From a virus, in the IMG/VR virus record IMGVR_UViG_3300012812_000001: a stretch of 54,608 nucleotides of DNA. One strand, given 5' to 3'. How positions within the stretch are numbered: the first letter of the stretch is position 1; each line of letters begins with the position of its first letter. Both the position numbers and the translations under genes were made by a program. Below are positions 43,057 through 51,954 of this stretch, piece by piece. The notes under the pieces are model-generated. The model was given only the letters and a program-made list of their open reading frames with translations. It searched no databases and was not told the origin of the DNA.

Positions 43057-43623
43057 ATGACATTCATGAGCAGCTCACCACAAAGGCCGGCCTGGATCGT
43101 AGGAGCCACCTCTTGGGGAATTCCCGTCATCGACGAGAAATCCCTCGCGAAATTCCTATATGAAAATGCGAAGCCGGAAACATTTTCGCATGAGACGCCA
43201 TCGGCCATGGCGGAGAGGGTCATCGCCAGTATGGATGCCGTCCCGGCAACGTGGCCGGGACGGGTGTCCCGCGCATCCTGGCCGGTTCACCGTATGGCCC
43301 TTGCAAGGGTAACCACCGGCTTGCGCCAGTGCTGCGAGCGGGTTGCGAAAACTCTGCCAGGATCGCAAGCCCGGGTCGATGCCATCCTCGAAGCGCTCAA
43401 ACTCACCCAGGCCGTCATTGATGCCAGGGCCTCGCGAGAGACGAGAAGCGGATTCATCGCGTTGATGGAATATATGCGGGACTACCAACCCGATCCTGCG
43501 CCGCCCCGACCAGGCCCTTGCTGTGCCCCGCCACCCGCAGACATCACGCGCAAAACGCAATCGTTCTTCCGGTCGTTACACACGGATATTCGCGACTACG
43601 AGGACCCCCTCAAGCATATCTGA
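43057..43623 (+). CDS. Hypothetical 188-aa protein
   Basis: The internal ATG at 43057 is preceded by GGGAG. The frame looks coding. The C-terminus is Pro-rich. Confidence 0.45.
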   Translation: MTFMSSSPQRPAWIVGATSWGIPVIDEKSLAKFLYENAKPETFSHETPSAMAERVIASMDAVPATWPGRVSRASWPVHRMALARVTTGLRQCCERVAKTLPGSQARVDAILEALKLTQAVIDARASRETRSGFIALMEYMRDYQPDPAPPRPGPCCAPPPADITRKTQSFFRSLHTDIRDYEDPLKHI

Positions 43624-43639
43624 ACCGCCCTGGTTACCC

Positions 43640-43996
43640 TTAGTCCGCCCGCTCCTTCTCAGCAGACCACCACGCCTCCAGGGCTTCCATCTCTTTTGCC
43701 GCCTTCGGCGCAAGACGGGCCAGGTCGCGTGCGTCGGGGCCCCTGCCCTTCGTCTTCCAGGTCCCGTCATCAGCACGATAGACGTCTCCGGTGATCAGGC
43801 CACGCATGATCTCAGCAAGGGCCGGAATGTCCCGGCGCAAGTAGATCTCCAGCAATTGGGCCGCCTCGTCGTGGACTTGGATATCGAAGTCATCATCGCG
43901 CGTCATCACCACCTCCGCACACGCCAGCAGCTCATAGGTCTCACGATATTTGTCCATGACCTGCCTTGCCGCCAGGATCATCTTATCACCGGTCAT
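43640..43996 (-). CDS. Hypothetical 118-aa protein downstream of the recombinase gene
   Basis: The internal ATG at 43996 is preceded by AGGAGG at 5 nt. Confidence 0.45.
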   Translation of the reverse strand: MTGDKMILAARQVMDKYRETYELLACAEVVMTRDDDFDIQVHDEAAQLLEIYLRRDIPALAEIMRGLITGDVYRADDGTWKTKGRGPDARDLARLAPKAAKEMEALEAWWSAEKERAD

Positions 43997-44092
43997 CTGT
44001 CCTCCTGGCAAAGGTGGCCCCTTCAAGTTTAACGCAAAGGCTCCCCGGAGGGAGCCTTCATTCATTCAGGTTCGTGGTTGGACACCGACCAC

Positions 44093-45103
44093 TCAAGCTC
44101 TCGGCCGCGGCCCATCTCCAGACGTCCAGGTCAACGGCCTCGCCGCCTCGACCGAGATGATCGGCGAACGCTTGGACTGACCCTGTTGGCTAGACCCGTA
44201 GGCCGACTGCGACTTGACCGCTTTATGCCCGAGCGACAATGCCGTCCGCTCCTTGTCGCCGTCGGCCTTCAGATCGCTACTGCCGGCATGCCGGAAGGTG
44301 TAGGCGTTCAGGCGCTGGTCCCAGCCCATCTTCCAGCCCAGGATTTCCAGGTCTTTGTCCAGGGTCTTCCGGTTGCGAGAGTAGTCCATCTCGTCATCGG
44401 TCATGCAGCTCACAACGGCCTTTCCCGCGGGCATCGTGGCGTCGATCTCGAGGATCCGGTATGGCTGGCCAGCACCGGTCAGCTCGGAGCATTTCGCACC
44501 CTCGATCCGGACGAATACCGACCGGCCGACCTTCCGGATCGACACGCCCCTCTGCAGCTCGGCCGGGCGCACCCCTGACGCCCAGAGCAACGCCACGGCC
44601 ATCCTCGAGGGAGCGGAAGCCAGGCGAAAAGCGTCGGCTCGCCAGTCGTGCTCGCCGCTAGGAAGACGATGTTTCATCGTCTGCTTCTCGGCCAACCCCG
44701 CAGGCTTTTCGGCTTTGTCGACCTGATCATACATGTCGAGACTTGCCGCCAGCATTTCGACGAGACGAGTGAGTTTCGCCTCGACATTCTCGCCCTCTTT
44801 ACCGGCATACCCCTGGTCATAGATGCGCACCAAGGTGGCATAGATATTCCGGATCATCATGGCATGCTGGTATTTGAGGGCAGCCCGAAAAACTTTCCAG
44901 GACCGACCGGGGATATCGACAAGCGGATCCTCTTTCTCCGCTGTTCTCGCATAGATCAGCTTGTATGTCTTGATCGTCGATGCTGATCTTTCCGCCTGAG
45001 CATGCTCAAGCGGCCCCCTCACCCGTTCCTGGACCTCATCAAGAACCGCCTTCAATTTTTGGTTTTTCGCGTCCATCAGGACCTCCCTCTTAACTACGTC
45101 CAT
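44093..45103 (-). CDS. Tyrosine site-specific recombinase
   Basis: ...LLWASGVRPAEL... (Arg), ...AYTFRHAGSSDL... (His-x-x-Arg), ...LGHKAVKSQSAYG (His ... Tyr). The alternative ATG at 45076 has the better RBS (GGGAGG). Confidence 0.7.
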   Translation of the reverse strand: MDVVKREVLMDAKNQKLKAVLDEVQERVRGPLEHAQAERSASTIKTYKLIYARTAEKEDPLVDIPGRSWKVFRAALKYQHAMMIRNIYATLVRIYDQGYAGKEGENVEAKLTRLVEMLAASLDMYDQVDKAEKPAGLAEKQTMKHRLPSGEHDWRADAFRLASAPSRMAVALLWASGVRPAELQRGVSIRKVGRSVFVRIEGAKCSELTGAGQPYRILEIDATMPAGKAVVSCMTDDEMDYSRNRKTLDKDLEILGWKMGWDQRLNAYTFRHAGSSDLKADGDKERTALSLGHKAVKSQSAYGSSQQGQSKRSPIISVEAARPLTWTSGDGPRPRA

Positions 45104-45235
45104 CCCCGGTTATCCCTACCGGCAGTCCCCTCTGGTTAAGATGTGCGGTTTCTGCGAAAACCCAAGCATATTTCGCCTAATTTTGCGAAATAATGCTTGA
45201 CGCTCATTATCGCCTCGTGTATGCGAGAACTGTGC

Positions 45236-45257
45236 GCTTGAGAATTTTTTCTCAAGC
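45236..45257 (+). other. Hairpin GCTTGAGAA-TTTT-TTCTCAAGC in the recombinase upstream region
   Basis: Perfect 9-bp stem, followed by CGCCTTTTC on the plus strand. Confidence 0.4.
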
Positions 45258-45290
45258 CGCCTTTTCATGCGAACATCCTGGCTGTATAGT

Positions 45291-45312
45291 ATTGCTGTAA
45301 TCGAACAGCAAT
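45291..45312. promoter_or_regulatory. Inverted repeat ATTGCTGT-AATCGA-ACAGCAAT overlapping the ATG of the 109-aa gene
   Basis: Perfect 8-bp arms with a 6-bp spacer, read directly. Confidence 0.45.
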
Positions 45313-45640
45313 GCCGGAGATTTCCATGCTCGATCGTCAAACTGCAGTCGTGGAAAATCTCGACTTCCTTCAGGATTGCGATCCCACCAAACCGACCAAA
45401 ACCCCGTTCCCTCCGGACGGGGATAACGGCTCGCTCATGTGGCCACTCCGCGTCTATGCGACTGAAGAGGACGGCGAGAAATTCGCATGCGAAGTCCTGG
45501 ATTATCTTCGCGCGATCTCGCATGAAAATCGCATTGCTGTTCTTCGATCGATCACTGCTGCGCAGATCGACGCAGGCATGTATTCACCTGCCGTCTTCGG
45601 TTATATGACAGTGATCGCGGATCACCTCTCCCTGGACTGA
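45311..45640 (+). CDS. Hypothetical 109-aa protein
   Basis: ORF divergent from the recombinase gene. No motif recognised. Confidence 0.4.
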   Translation: MPEISMLDRQTAVVENLDFLQDCDPTKPTKTPFPPDGDNGSLMWPLRVYATEEDGEKFACEVLDYLRAISHENRIAVLRSITAAQIDAGMYSPAVFGYMTVIADHLSLD

Positions 45641-46086
45641 TCGATCATATAGACGAGCAGATCGACATCTCCCGCCAGGAGTTCATCGAGTCGGAACGGG
45701 GTCGACTCCGGTATATCAGGGGTCTCCCCACCCTCTTCGGCGATCCTGTTCAAAGCCTTCTGTCGCGCCGTTTTCCAGATTTCATCCATGTCAATATAGG
45801 CGGACATGGAAGGCCCGTAATCATCGCGCGCGGACCCGATCATGTCCACCGCATCGCGAGGCCCTTTCCCATCTGTCACGATGGCGATCAGCGCCTCGAC
45901 AGCATACTTGATTGTGGTCTCGACAAGATTGCGCAGTGCGACGCCGAGATCCTCGATCTCGGCGGCCACATACTCGACATCGATCCCGGCCAACGCGGGC
46001 GACCCGGCCAAGTCACGCAACTTCCAGGACTGGTCCATCGCCCATCCGTGAAAATCGTCACGGTATAGCGCAGCCAAATCCGTCAT
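45622..46086 (-). CDS. DUF29-family protein
   Basis: N-terminal LYRDDFHGWAMDQSWKLR...DVEYVAAEIEDLG fits the DUF29 signature. Confidence 0.55.
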   Translation of the reverse strand: MTDLAALYRDDFHGWAMDQSWKLRDLAGSPALAGIDVEYVAAEIEDLGVALRNLVETTIKYAVEALIAIVTDGKGPRDAVDMIGSARDDYGPSMSAYIDMDEIWKTARQKALNRIAEEGGETPDIPESTPFRLDELLAGDVDLLVYMIDQSRER

Positions 46087-46136
46087 CGCGCCACCCCCCT
46101 CATGTCGATATCCGGGACGATATCACGCCCCCGGCA

Positions 46137-46379
46137 TCACCGCCACGCCTGGTCCCACCTCTCGACGATCGCCTTCACCGCCCGGATCTCGTCAAGGATC
46201 TCCTGGCTGGCCTCCACCGTGATCGGCTGAATCTCAGGTCCGACCTGCTGATCTTGCCTCTTGAGATACCCCCGTAGCGACACGAGGATGGCCAGACCGG
46301 CAAACCCGCCGGTCAGATACTGGGCCCAGGGCGCATCGATTTTCCCGATCAGACCCAGCAAAGCAATGATATCCGGCAT
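46137..46379 (-). CDS. Small membrane protein (lysis cassette; holin/spanin-like)
   Basis: 80 aa with hydrophobic segments IIALLGLIG and GGFAGLAILVSL. Adjacent to the other lysis genes. Confidence 0.45.
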   Translation of the reverse strand: MPDIIALLGLIGKIDAPWAQYLTGGFAGLAILVSLRGYLKRQDQQVGPEIQPITVEASQEILDEIRAVKAIVERWDQAWR

Positions 46380-46382
46380 GCA

Positions 46383-46850
46383 TCACACGAGCCTTTCCGC
46401 GCGGCGACGCCGCGCATTGTCGTCTGCGAGACGCGCTTCCGATGATGCCCGGTGGCAGATGTAGAGCTCCCCCACCAGGAGAGGCGGCAGGAGAGCAATG
46501 CCGATCAGCGGCCCGGCCGCATCAACGACGCCGAAGGCCAGCTGCAGATAGATGACGCCCGAAAGACCAGCTGTCACCGCCCTCATATGTGGCGTCGGCC
46601 GCCAGGCGCCATTGATCGTCAGGGCGATCAGTCGGACCAGTCCGACCGTCACCGCGAACGCGGCCCACCCGTCCAATGATCCGATCGACCGCAGGGATTC
46701 GAGATACCTGTCGCGCCCCGCTTCGGCGAGGGCGCTGTTCTCGAGCATGACCGCGGCCCCCAGGAGGACCCCGAACGACAAGGTGCAGGTGGCCGATGTC
46801 CATTCCATGACCCGGCGTGGAAAGGTATCCCTGAAACGATGGGCGCTCAT
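46383..46850 (-). CDS. Multi-pass membrane protein (lysis cassette; holin-like)
   Basis: 155 aa with about four hydrophobic helices and a basic C-terminal tail (RRRRAERLV). Confidence 0.5.
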   Translation of the reverse strand: MSAHRFRDTFPRRVMEWTSATCTLSFGVLLGAAVMLENSALAEAGRDRYLESLRSIGSLDGWAAFAVTVGLVRLIALTINGAWRPTPHMRAVTAGLSGVIYLQLAFGVVDAAGPLIGIALLPPLLVGELYICHRASSEARLADDNARRRRAERLV

Positions 46851-47149
46851 TTCGCAACCTCATCCTGATTGTTCGGCTCGACCTCCACCGTCCCGGAAAT
46901 CGCCCCCACCACCTTCGGCCGACCGGCCGGCGTCGTGGTCTTCGTCCGCAGCCAGAAATTCACGACCGCGACAAGGAGGGCGTAATGCGGCAGAAACTCA
47001 GGCGGGATCAGAGCTTGATATTGCGCCTGCGCCTCCACCTCCTGGACGGCCTGTGCGACCACGTCGAAAAGCGGCGGTCCTGCCGCGGTGACGTTGAAAA
47101 TCAGCGTGCGGAAGCCCTTCACGGCTCCCAGAATCCTGGTCAGGCGCAA
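46847..47149 (-). CDS. Small membrane protein following the endolysin gene
   Basis: 100 aa with one clear hydrophobic helix (LPHYALLVAVVNFWL). Overlaps both neighbouring genes. Confidence 0.4.
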   Translation of the reverse strand: MRLTRILGAVKGFRTLIFNVTAAGPPLFDVVAQAVQEVEAQAQYQALIPPEFLPHYALLVAVVNFWLRTKTTTPAGRPKVVGAISGTVEVEPNNQDEVAK

Positions 47150-47976
47150 AGCAGGCCCTCCTCTTTCATGTCATTGAGACGGTCGTGCTGGCAGAGATAT
47201 GCCTCCGCTCGGATTGCCTGCTGGCGGGACCGGCTGGCGTAAAGCAGACCCGCGATCGCGAGCAGCAGGACCCCGATGATTGCTGTCTGCGGATCGAGCT
47301 GGGAGAGCACAGGGATATCGACCCCTGTCAGTTCGGGGCTGATCTGCCCTGCCCCACCGGCCGCCGCGGCGCCGCCCGAACCGGCCGCGGCTGATCCCGC
47401 GGTCTGTGATTTCCTGGCGGCGTCCTCGCCACCGACGACGAGCGCCTTATGTGCCTCGTCGACACTCCTGGTTTGGTCGAGGACAGCCATGGAAACGCCG
47501 GCCGCTTCGACCTCCGCAACCCTCCGCGTCCAGCCCTTCCCGAATGTCGTCCAGGTCTTCAGGCCACGCAGGAAGCTCATGCGCGCCGCGCAGGCCGATT
47601 TGATCGCATTTACCGTATTGACGCTGTTTGCCCGCTTGAGGGTTTTCGGCCCGACCTTGCCGTCGACATCGACGCCGGAAAAACCGATGGCGCCTTGCAG
47701 CCACTTCACGCCACGCGCGACGCCAGAGTTTACGGCCGGATCCATCGTCACCAGGTCGATCCCCGCCGGGAGCTCGTCACCCTTGATCTTTGCCCAGTAG
47801 TCCCGGCGATAGATGGCGCGGGCCTGCTCCTTCGTGAGCGCCCGGATATCGACATTCGGGTATGACCGCTTCGAGATGCCGTATTTCGTCTCGCCGCCGG
47901 GGTCGGACTTGTGATTCACATAGCCGCCCTCGTGGCGGAATAGCTCGTCCATCACGAGCTCGAAATTCTCTTTCAT
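47140..47976 (-). CDS. Endolysin: GH108 N-terminal domain + PG_binding_3, with a C-terminal TM segment
   Basis: From ATG 47976: ...LFRHEGGYVNHKSDPGGETKYGIS... (GH108 signature), ...VDGKVGPKTL... (peptidoglycan-binding), then a Gly/Ala linker and AIIGVLLLAIAGLLYA. Confidence 0.85.
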   Translation of the reverse strand: MKENFELVMDELFRHEGGYVNHKSDPGGETKYGISKRSYPNVDIRALTKEQARAIYRRDYWAKIKGDELPAGIDLVTMDPAVNSGVARGVKWLQGAIGFSGVDVDGKVGPKTLKRANSVNTVNAIKSACAARMSFLRGLKTWTTFGKGWTRRVAEVEAAGVSMAVLDQTRSVDEAHKALVVGGEDAARKSQTAGSAAAGSGGAAAAGGAGQISPELTGVDIPVLSQLDPQTAIIGVLLLAIAGLLYASRSRQQAIRAEAYLCQHDRLNDMKEEGLLCA

Positions 47977-48052
47977 GGGGCGAGCGCTCCTCAAGGGTAT
48001 CTTGAGTGATATGCGCTTATTTCTCGAAATTTCATCACATGAAAATTGGAAA

Positions 48053-49087
48053 TTAAAGCGATATCCTCATGCTGGGATCAGGAGATTCCAGGAAATCCGG
48101 TGGAAAATCGAAAAACACGGAGGTCGCTCCGCCGGGCGAGAGAGTCTGGGTTCGCACGGCCGACGAGGTCAGGTTCTCGAGGCGCAACGTTTGCGGCTCG
48201 ATGAAATCCTGGATATCGATTCCGGCCGAGAAATATGCTGACATCGCGCCCGACGTCTGTGGGAAAGTCATCTCTGCCGAGCCTGGTGAAATCGGGAAAT
48301 TCCCGCCCTCGAGTGGGTGGATCATTTCGGTGTCGACGATCCCGAAGGGTAGCGCCGGGGCATCAGGATGCTCCATGTCGAAGATGCACAGATTGATCAG
48401 GTCGTAACCACCGACGAGCTGAGGATGCCAGGACATGTGGCTGATCTTCGAATAGTCGACGCCAGCGGGTGCGCTGGCGGACATGTTGTGGATCCCCGAG
48501 GCAATCTGGACCCCATCGAGCCATACGGCATATTCAGCGACGGCGGGGTTGGTGACATCGAGATACATCTCGAAATGGCTGTCAGCGGCCGTGGTGATAT
48601 CTGTGATATCCGAGAGGGCCGTGCGGCTGAGGGCGGCGTGGTTGGCACCTGTTCCGGGCAAATAAGCCACCTGAATCCGGGGACCGGAGAACCCCTGAAG
48701 GGCAAGCGGAGAGGAGACAGCCACCGTCCCACCTGCGACACCGATCCGGCCAGGATGAATAAATCCGCAGAATCTTCCATATCCGGTAGAGGAAGCGGAT
48801 CCGATATTCGTTCCCACGGGACGCAGGCTGAAAGACGCCATCACCTTGCCTGTCGCCGGAAACTCGAAAATCACGGCATTCCGCAGATGCAGCTGCGCCG
48901 CATTACCCGACGGGATGGTCATGTGCAGCGACGGGGCTCCGTCGGGCCCCTTGTCAGACCTGGTCGCGGTGATATTGGCTGGAGCGCCAGTGACCTCGCC
49001 CGTTGTCTGGACGACATGCGGCGGCTTCGTTGCGGCCGACCCGTCGAAGCCCCAGAACCCCTCGGCGAAGACCAGCCCGTTACTCAT
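48053..49087 (-). CDS. Putative receptor-binding / tail fibre protein, paralogue 2
   Basis: From the internal ATG at 49087 (MSNGLVFAEGFWGFDG...). It shares landmarks with 49402-50472 (FAE.F.G start, SF.LRP.G, H.EM..DVT.PA....W..GV). The upstream 62 codons of the track ORF overlap the neighbouring gene. Confidence 0.55.
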   Translation of the reverse strand: MSNGLVFAEGFWGFDGSAATKPPHVVQTTGEVTGAPANITATRSDKGPDGAPSLHMTIPSGNAAQLHLRNAVIFEFPATGKVMASFSLRPVGTNIGSASSTGYGRFCGFIHPGRIGVAGGTVAVSSPLALQGFSGPRIQVAYLPGTGANHAALSRTALSDITDITTAADSHFEMYLDVTNPAVAEYAVWLDGVQIASGIHNMSASAPAGVDYSKISHMSWHPQLVGGYDLINLCIFDMEHPDAPALPFGIVDTEMIHPLEGGNFPISPGSAEMTFPQTSGAMSAYFSAGIDIQDFIEPQTLRLENLTSSAVRTQTLSPGGATSVFFDFPPDFLESPDPSMRISL

Positions 49088-49412
49088 CAGGCAGGACCCC
49101 GAGATCGAGATGGACGGATGCGACGCCAGGCTCCCCCGTCGGATAGGCGGAAACGCAAACCCCGACGGGATCCCCCTGCCCGACCGTGATCGCCCCGTCC
49201 ACGGCATGCAGAACCGTCCCGGTGAGAATCTCCGGGTGATCGACCCCCTCGGGAAGATTGACGGTCGTGCCAATCACGCCGCGCCGCAGGCACTTGAGCC
49301 CCTCTTGATGCTTGACGACAACCAGGACAGGGATGCCTTCAACAACCCGGAACTGCCCTTCCTTCACGCCCTCAACGAGGGGAGGTTCGATCCATTCGCT
49401 CTCAGCTGACAT
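49080..49412 (-). CDS. Hypothetical 110-aa protein between the two paralogues
   Basis: The ATG at 49412 overlaps the upstream stop by 11 nt, and its stop overlaps the downstream ATG by 8 nt. Confidence 0.45.
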   Translation of the reverse strand: MSAESEWIEPPLVEGVKEGQFRVVEGIPVLVVVKHQEGLKCLRRGVIGTTVNLPEGVDHPEILTGTVLHAVDGAITVGQGDPVGVCVSAYPTGEPGVASVHLDLGVLPDE

Positions 49413-50472
49413 CTTGCGCGATCTCCAGGGTCATGGCGTTGATATCCGCGTCCTCATGGGACTCGGTCGGCAGGAAGACGGTCGTCGCGAATGGCCGTGG
49501 CGCAATCTCGACGCTGGCCTCTTTCAGGGACCCACTATCGAAAACCCGCGCTTTCAGCCGCTCGGTATCGACGTGATCCTTGATGTCGAAGGTGAGACCG
49601 ATCAGCGAGCCGATCGCTGGCCGGGCATCCACAGCACGGTCGTCGAATTCGAAGCTCACGAACTGGTCGTCGATCAGTAGCCCAAGGTCGGGATCGATTT
49701 CCGGCTGCGCAAGGTTGCGATCGACGACGATCGACCCGATCCTGTCCCCTACATCGCCCCCGTCATAGATGATCAGGTCGCCCAGATGGGTAAAGTTGCC
49801 TGTCTGTGCGGCGATCGTAAGTCCGGAGACCGCGGACCGATCCAGACCGACAGGAAGCCCCGCAAGGTTATTGTCGGAGACATCGTCGACGACGAGGACG
49901 CCGTTGATCCATGCTTTTGAGCGGGTCTGCGCAGGGTCGGTCACGTCGATCTGCATCTCGATATGCATCAGACCACCCTCTGTGAAGGCGAGGCCACCCT
50001 GGTAGAGGACCACAGCGGACAAGGGCGTGGCACCGGCCGCATTGGTGACATGCCGCCCGAAGATCGGACGCCTGGCGGTATCGAAAGCAAAAAAGAGCGG
50101 GCAAGGATGGCAAGCCGTCACCACGCCGTCACTCACGGGAATCTGCCCATCCCAGAGGAAGCCAAGGGTGCGCGCGAAATAGGAGCTCGACGTCGGATTA
50201 CCATGGGCGGCGACGGTGCCGGACGGGCGCAGGTGAAAGCTCACCCCGACTTTCTTCAACGGAGCAAAGGACGCGACATGCGCCTCGGTTGCCCTACCTT
50301 GATCAGTGTAGGCTGTGCGCAGGCCGAGGCTCGCCCGGCCGCCAAAACCTTTCGTGCCGAATTCGGCATACTCGACGCCGCGACTGCCATTCCCGAACCG
50401 CTCGAATGATGGCGGCTGCTGATGGGGCACCGTGCACCCCTCGAAATCCTCGGCAAAGATGAACTTGACCAT
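49402..50472 (-). CDS. Putative receptor-binding / tail fibre protein, paralogue 1
   Basis: 356 aa, beta-rich, distantly similar to 48053-49087. It lies downstream of the DUF2793 fibre. Confidence 0.55.
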   Translation of the reverse strand: MVKFIFAEDFEGCTVPHQQPPSFERFGNGSRGVEYAEFGTKGFGGRASLGLRTAYTDQGRATEAHVASFAPLKKVGVSFHLRPSGTVAAHGNPTSSSYFARTLGFLWDGQIPVSDGVVTACHPCPLFFAFDTARRPIFGRHVTNAAGATPLSAVVLYQGGLAFTEGGLMHIEMQIDVTDPAQTRSKAWINGVLVVDDVSDNNLAGLPVGLDRSAVSGLTIAAQTGNFTHLGDLIIYDGGDVGDRIGSIVVDRNLAQPEIDPDLGLLIDDQFVSFEFDDRAVDARPAIGSLIGLTFDIKDHVDTERLKARVFDSGSLKEASVEIAPRPFATTVFLPTESHEDADINAMTLEIAQDVS

Positions 50473-50838
50473 TCAGGCCTCTCTTTTTCTTGCGATGACA
50501 ATCCCGGCTGATACGGCGTTCGCCGGCGGCGGACCCGACCAGATCGGCGTGATGATCGATGTTTGTGTCAGGGGGATCGACGCCGACGCATCCCGGCAGA
50601 TGGGGTGCCGGGAGATCTCAAGGAGGCGCGGAACGGCGGAGGATCTCTCGATCGCCAGCGCGTCAGCCGCGCGAAGTGTCGTGCTCTCTGCGGCTTGCCG
50701 GTAGATGGACATCACGGATGTGCCGATCATCCGCGGCGCCGCTTTCGTCTGCGCCAGGGCGATCAGGCTGACACCCGTCATGAGCAGGCCTTGCACGCTC
50801 ACCGGGCGCACGGCCAGGACACCCCACGGCACCATCAT
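50473..50838 (-). CDS. Hypothetical 121-aa protein with a hydrophobic N-terminus
   Basis: It exactly fills the gap between the neighbouring genes. Hand-read codons are mostly G/C-ending. Confidence 0.4.
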   Translation of the reverse strand: MMVPWGVLAVRPVSVQGLLMTGVSLIALAQTKAAPRMIGTSVMSIYRQAAESTTLRAADALAIERSSAVPRLLEISRHPICRDASASIPLTQTSIITPIWSGPPPANAVSAGIVIARKREA

Positions 50839-51908
50839 CAGGCAAGGTCCCCGACAAGCAGGAAGGCCCCGCCGCCAAGAGGCATGAGGGAGGCCGTCGA
50901 ATTGGCAACCCTGGTCTTCATTTTCCCATCCACGGAATGGATGTTGACCTGCGCCGTCGCTACGAATTCCACCTGGCCCTCACCGCCCTGCCAGACCGTC
51001 AGTGGACGTCCATCAAGGCTGAAAGGGACAGTCAGCTGGACAGGATCCTCCGCTTCGACTCGGATGACCTTTCCGCCCTCCATGTCGTCATTCGTCAGCT
51101 GCCGACCGGCGGTGATCGTCGAGACACGATAGAGATCGTCGTAATCCTCGCGCAGCGTCAGAACATCCGCTTCCAGCCCGGAAATTCCCGTCTGCGCCGT
51201 GGAAAGCCCTGTCCCGATTTGCACGACCTCGTCGCCAAGGTCATTCACTTCCGCATTGAGTTGCCCCATCTGGGTGCCAAGAGTTTCCGTCTCTGAAAGG
51301 GCATTGGCGGCTGTCGTCTCGACTGCGTCGAGACGATCATCGAAGCCCGAGACGACCGTGATCAGGGATTCCACCTGGCCGGAGACGGTGCCCAGGTCGG
51401 CGGTCAGGGAGGCGATGGATTGCGTGGCTGTCTCAAGCTCGCCGGAGACGGCGCCGACATCGGCCTGGAGCGTCGCGACCGCGTCCGATGCGGCACCCGC
51501 AGCAGAGGCGACATCGGACAGTTGCCCGCTGATAGCGTCGACGCTGCTCCCCAGGTTCTCGACAGCCGTCACCAGGGAGGGCAGCTGGTCGGAAATCCAC
51601 TCCGACCCGGTCCAGCTGAAGATCCCGCCCGCCGCAACAACCCAGGCCCGCATGCCAGGATAGACTGGCACATATTGCCAGGCGCCAGCATCGCGCGCGG
51701 CGATCTTCCCGGCATCGGGGCCAGCGGTCATGATATACATGGCTCGTTCGGCCGGTGTCGTCGGCAGGGTCGCGACCATGTCCTCCACGACCGGCCAGGC
51801 ATGGACGGAAAGGCGCAGGAGGTTGGCATCCATCCCGGCGTTCCATCCGTCCTGTCCGTAATCCCAGAAGCCGGTCAGTCCGGCGCCGGGGAGGGTCCTT
51901 TCAGCCAT
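50838..51908 (-). CDS. Tail fibre protein with a DUF2793 N-terminal domain and a coiled-coil shaft
   Basis: ...YIMTAGPDAGKIAARDAGAWQYVPVYPGMRAWVVAAGGIFSWTGSEW... fits DUF2793. It is followed by heptad-like Ala/Ser/Thr/Leu repeats. Confidence 0.65.
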   Translation of the reverse strand: MAERTLPGAGLTGFWDYGQDGWNAGMDANLLRLSVHAWPVVEDMVATLPTTPAERAMYIMTAGPDAGKIAARDAGAWQYVPVYPGMRAWVVAAGGIFSWTGSEWISDQLPSLVTAVENLGSSVDAISGQLSDVASAAGAASDAVATLQADVGAVSGELETATQSIASLTADLGTVSGQVESLITVVSGFDDRLDAVETTAANALSETETLGTQMGQLNAEVNDLGDEVVQIGTGLSTAQTGISGLEADVLTLREDYDDLYRVSTITAGRQLTNDDMEGGKVIRVEAEDPVQLTVPFSLDGRPLTVWQGGEGQVEFVATAQVNIHSVDGKMKTRVANSTASLMPLGGGAFLLVGDLA

Positions 51909-51954
51909 GGGCCATCCTCACAATTTTAAGGGATATATTGCTTGAAATGTGAAA

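Noticed and set aside
48053-49273. The full 406-aa track ORF for the second receptor-binding-like protein
   Set aside because: The first 62 codons overlap the preceding 110-aa gene and are Arg/Ser/Pro-rich. The paralogue alignment and the coupled ATG at 49087 indicate the shorter form.
48053-51908. A diversity-generating retroelement acting on the fibre genes
   Set aside because: There is no reverse transcriptase gene and no template/variable repeat pair anywhere in the replicon.
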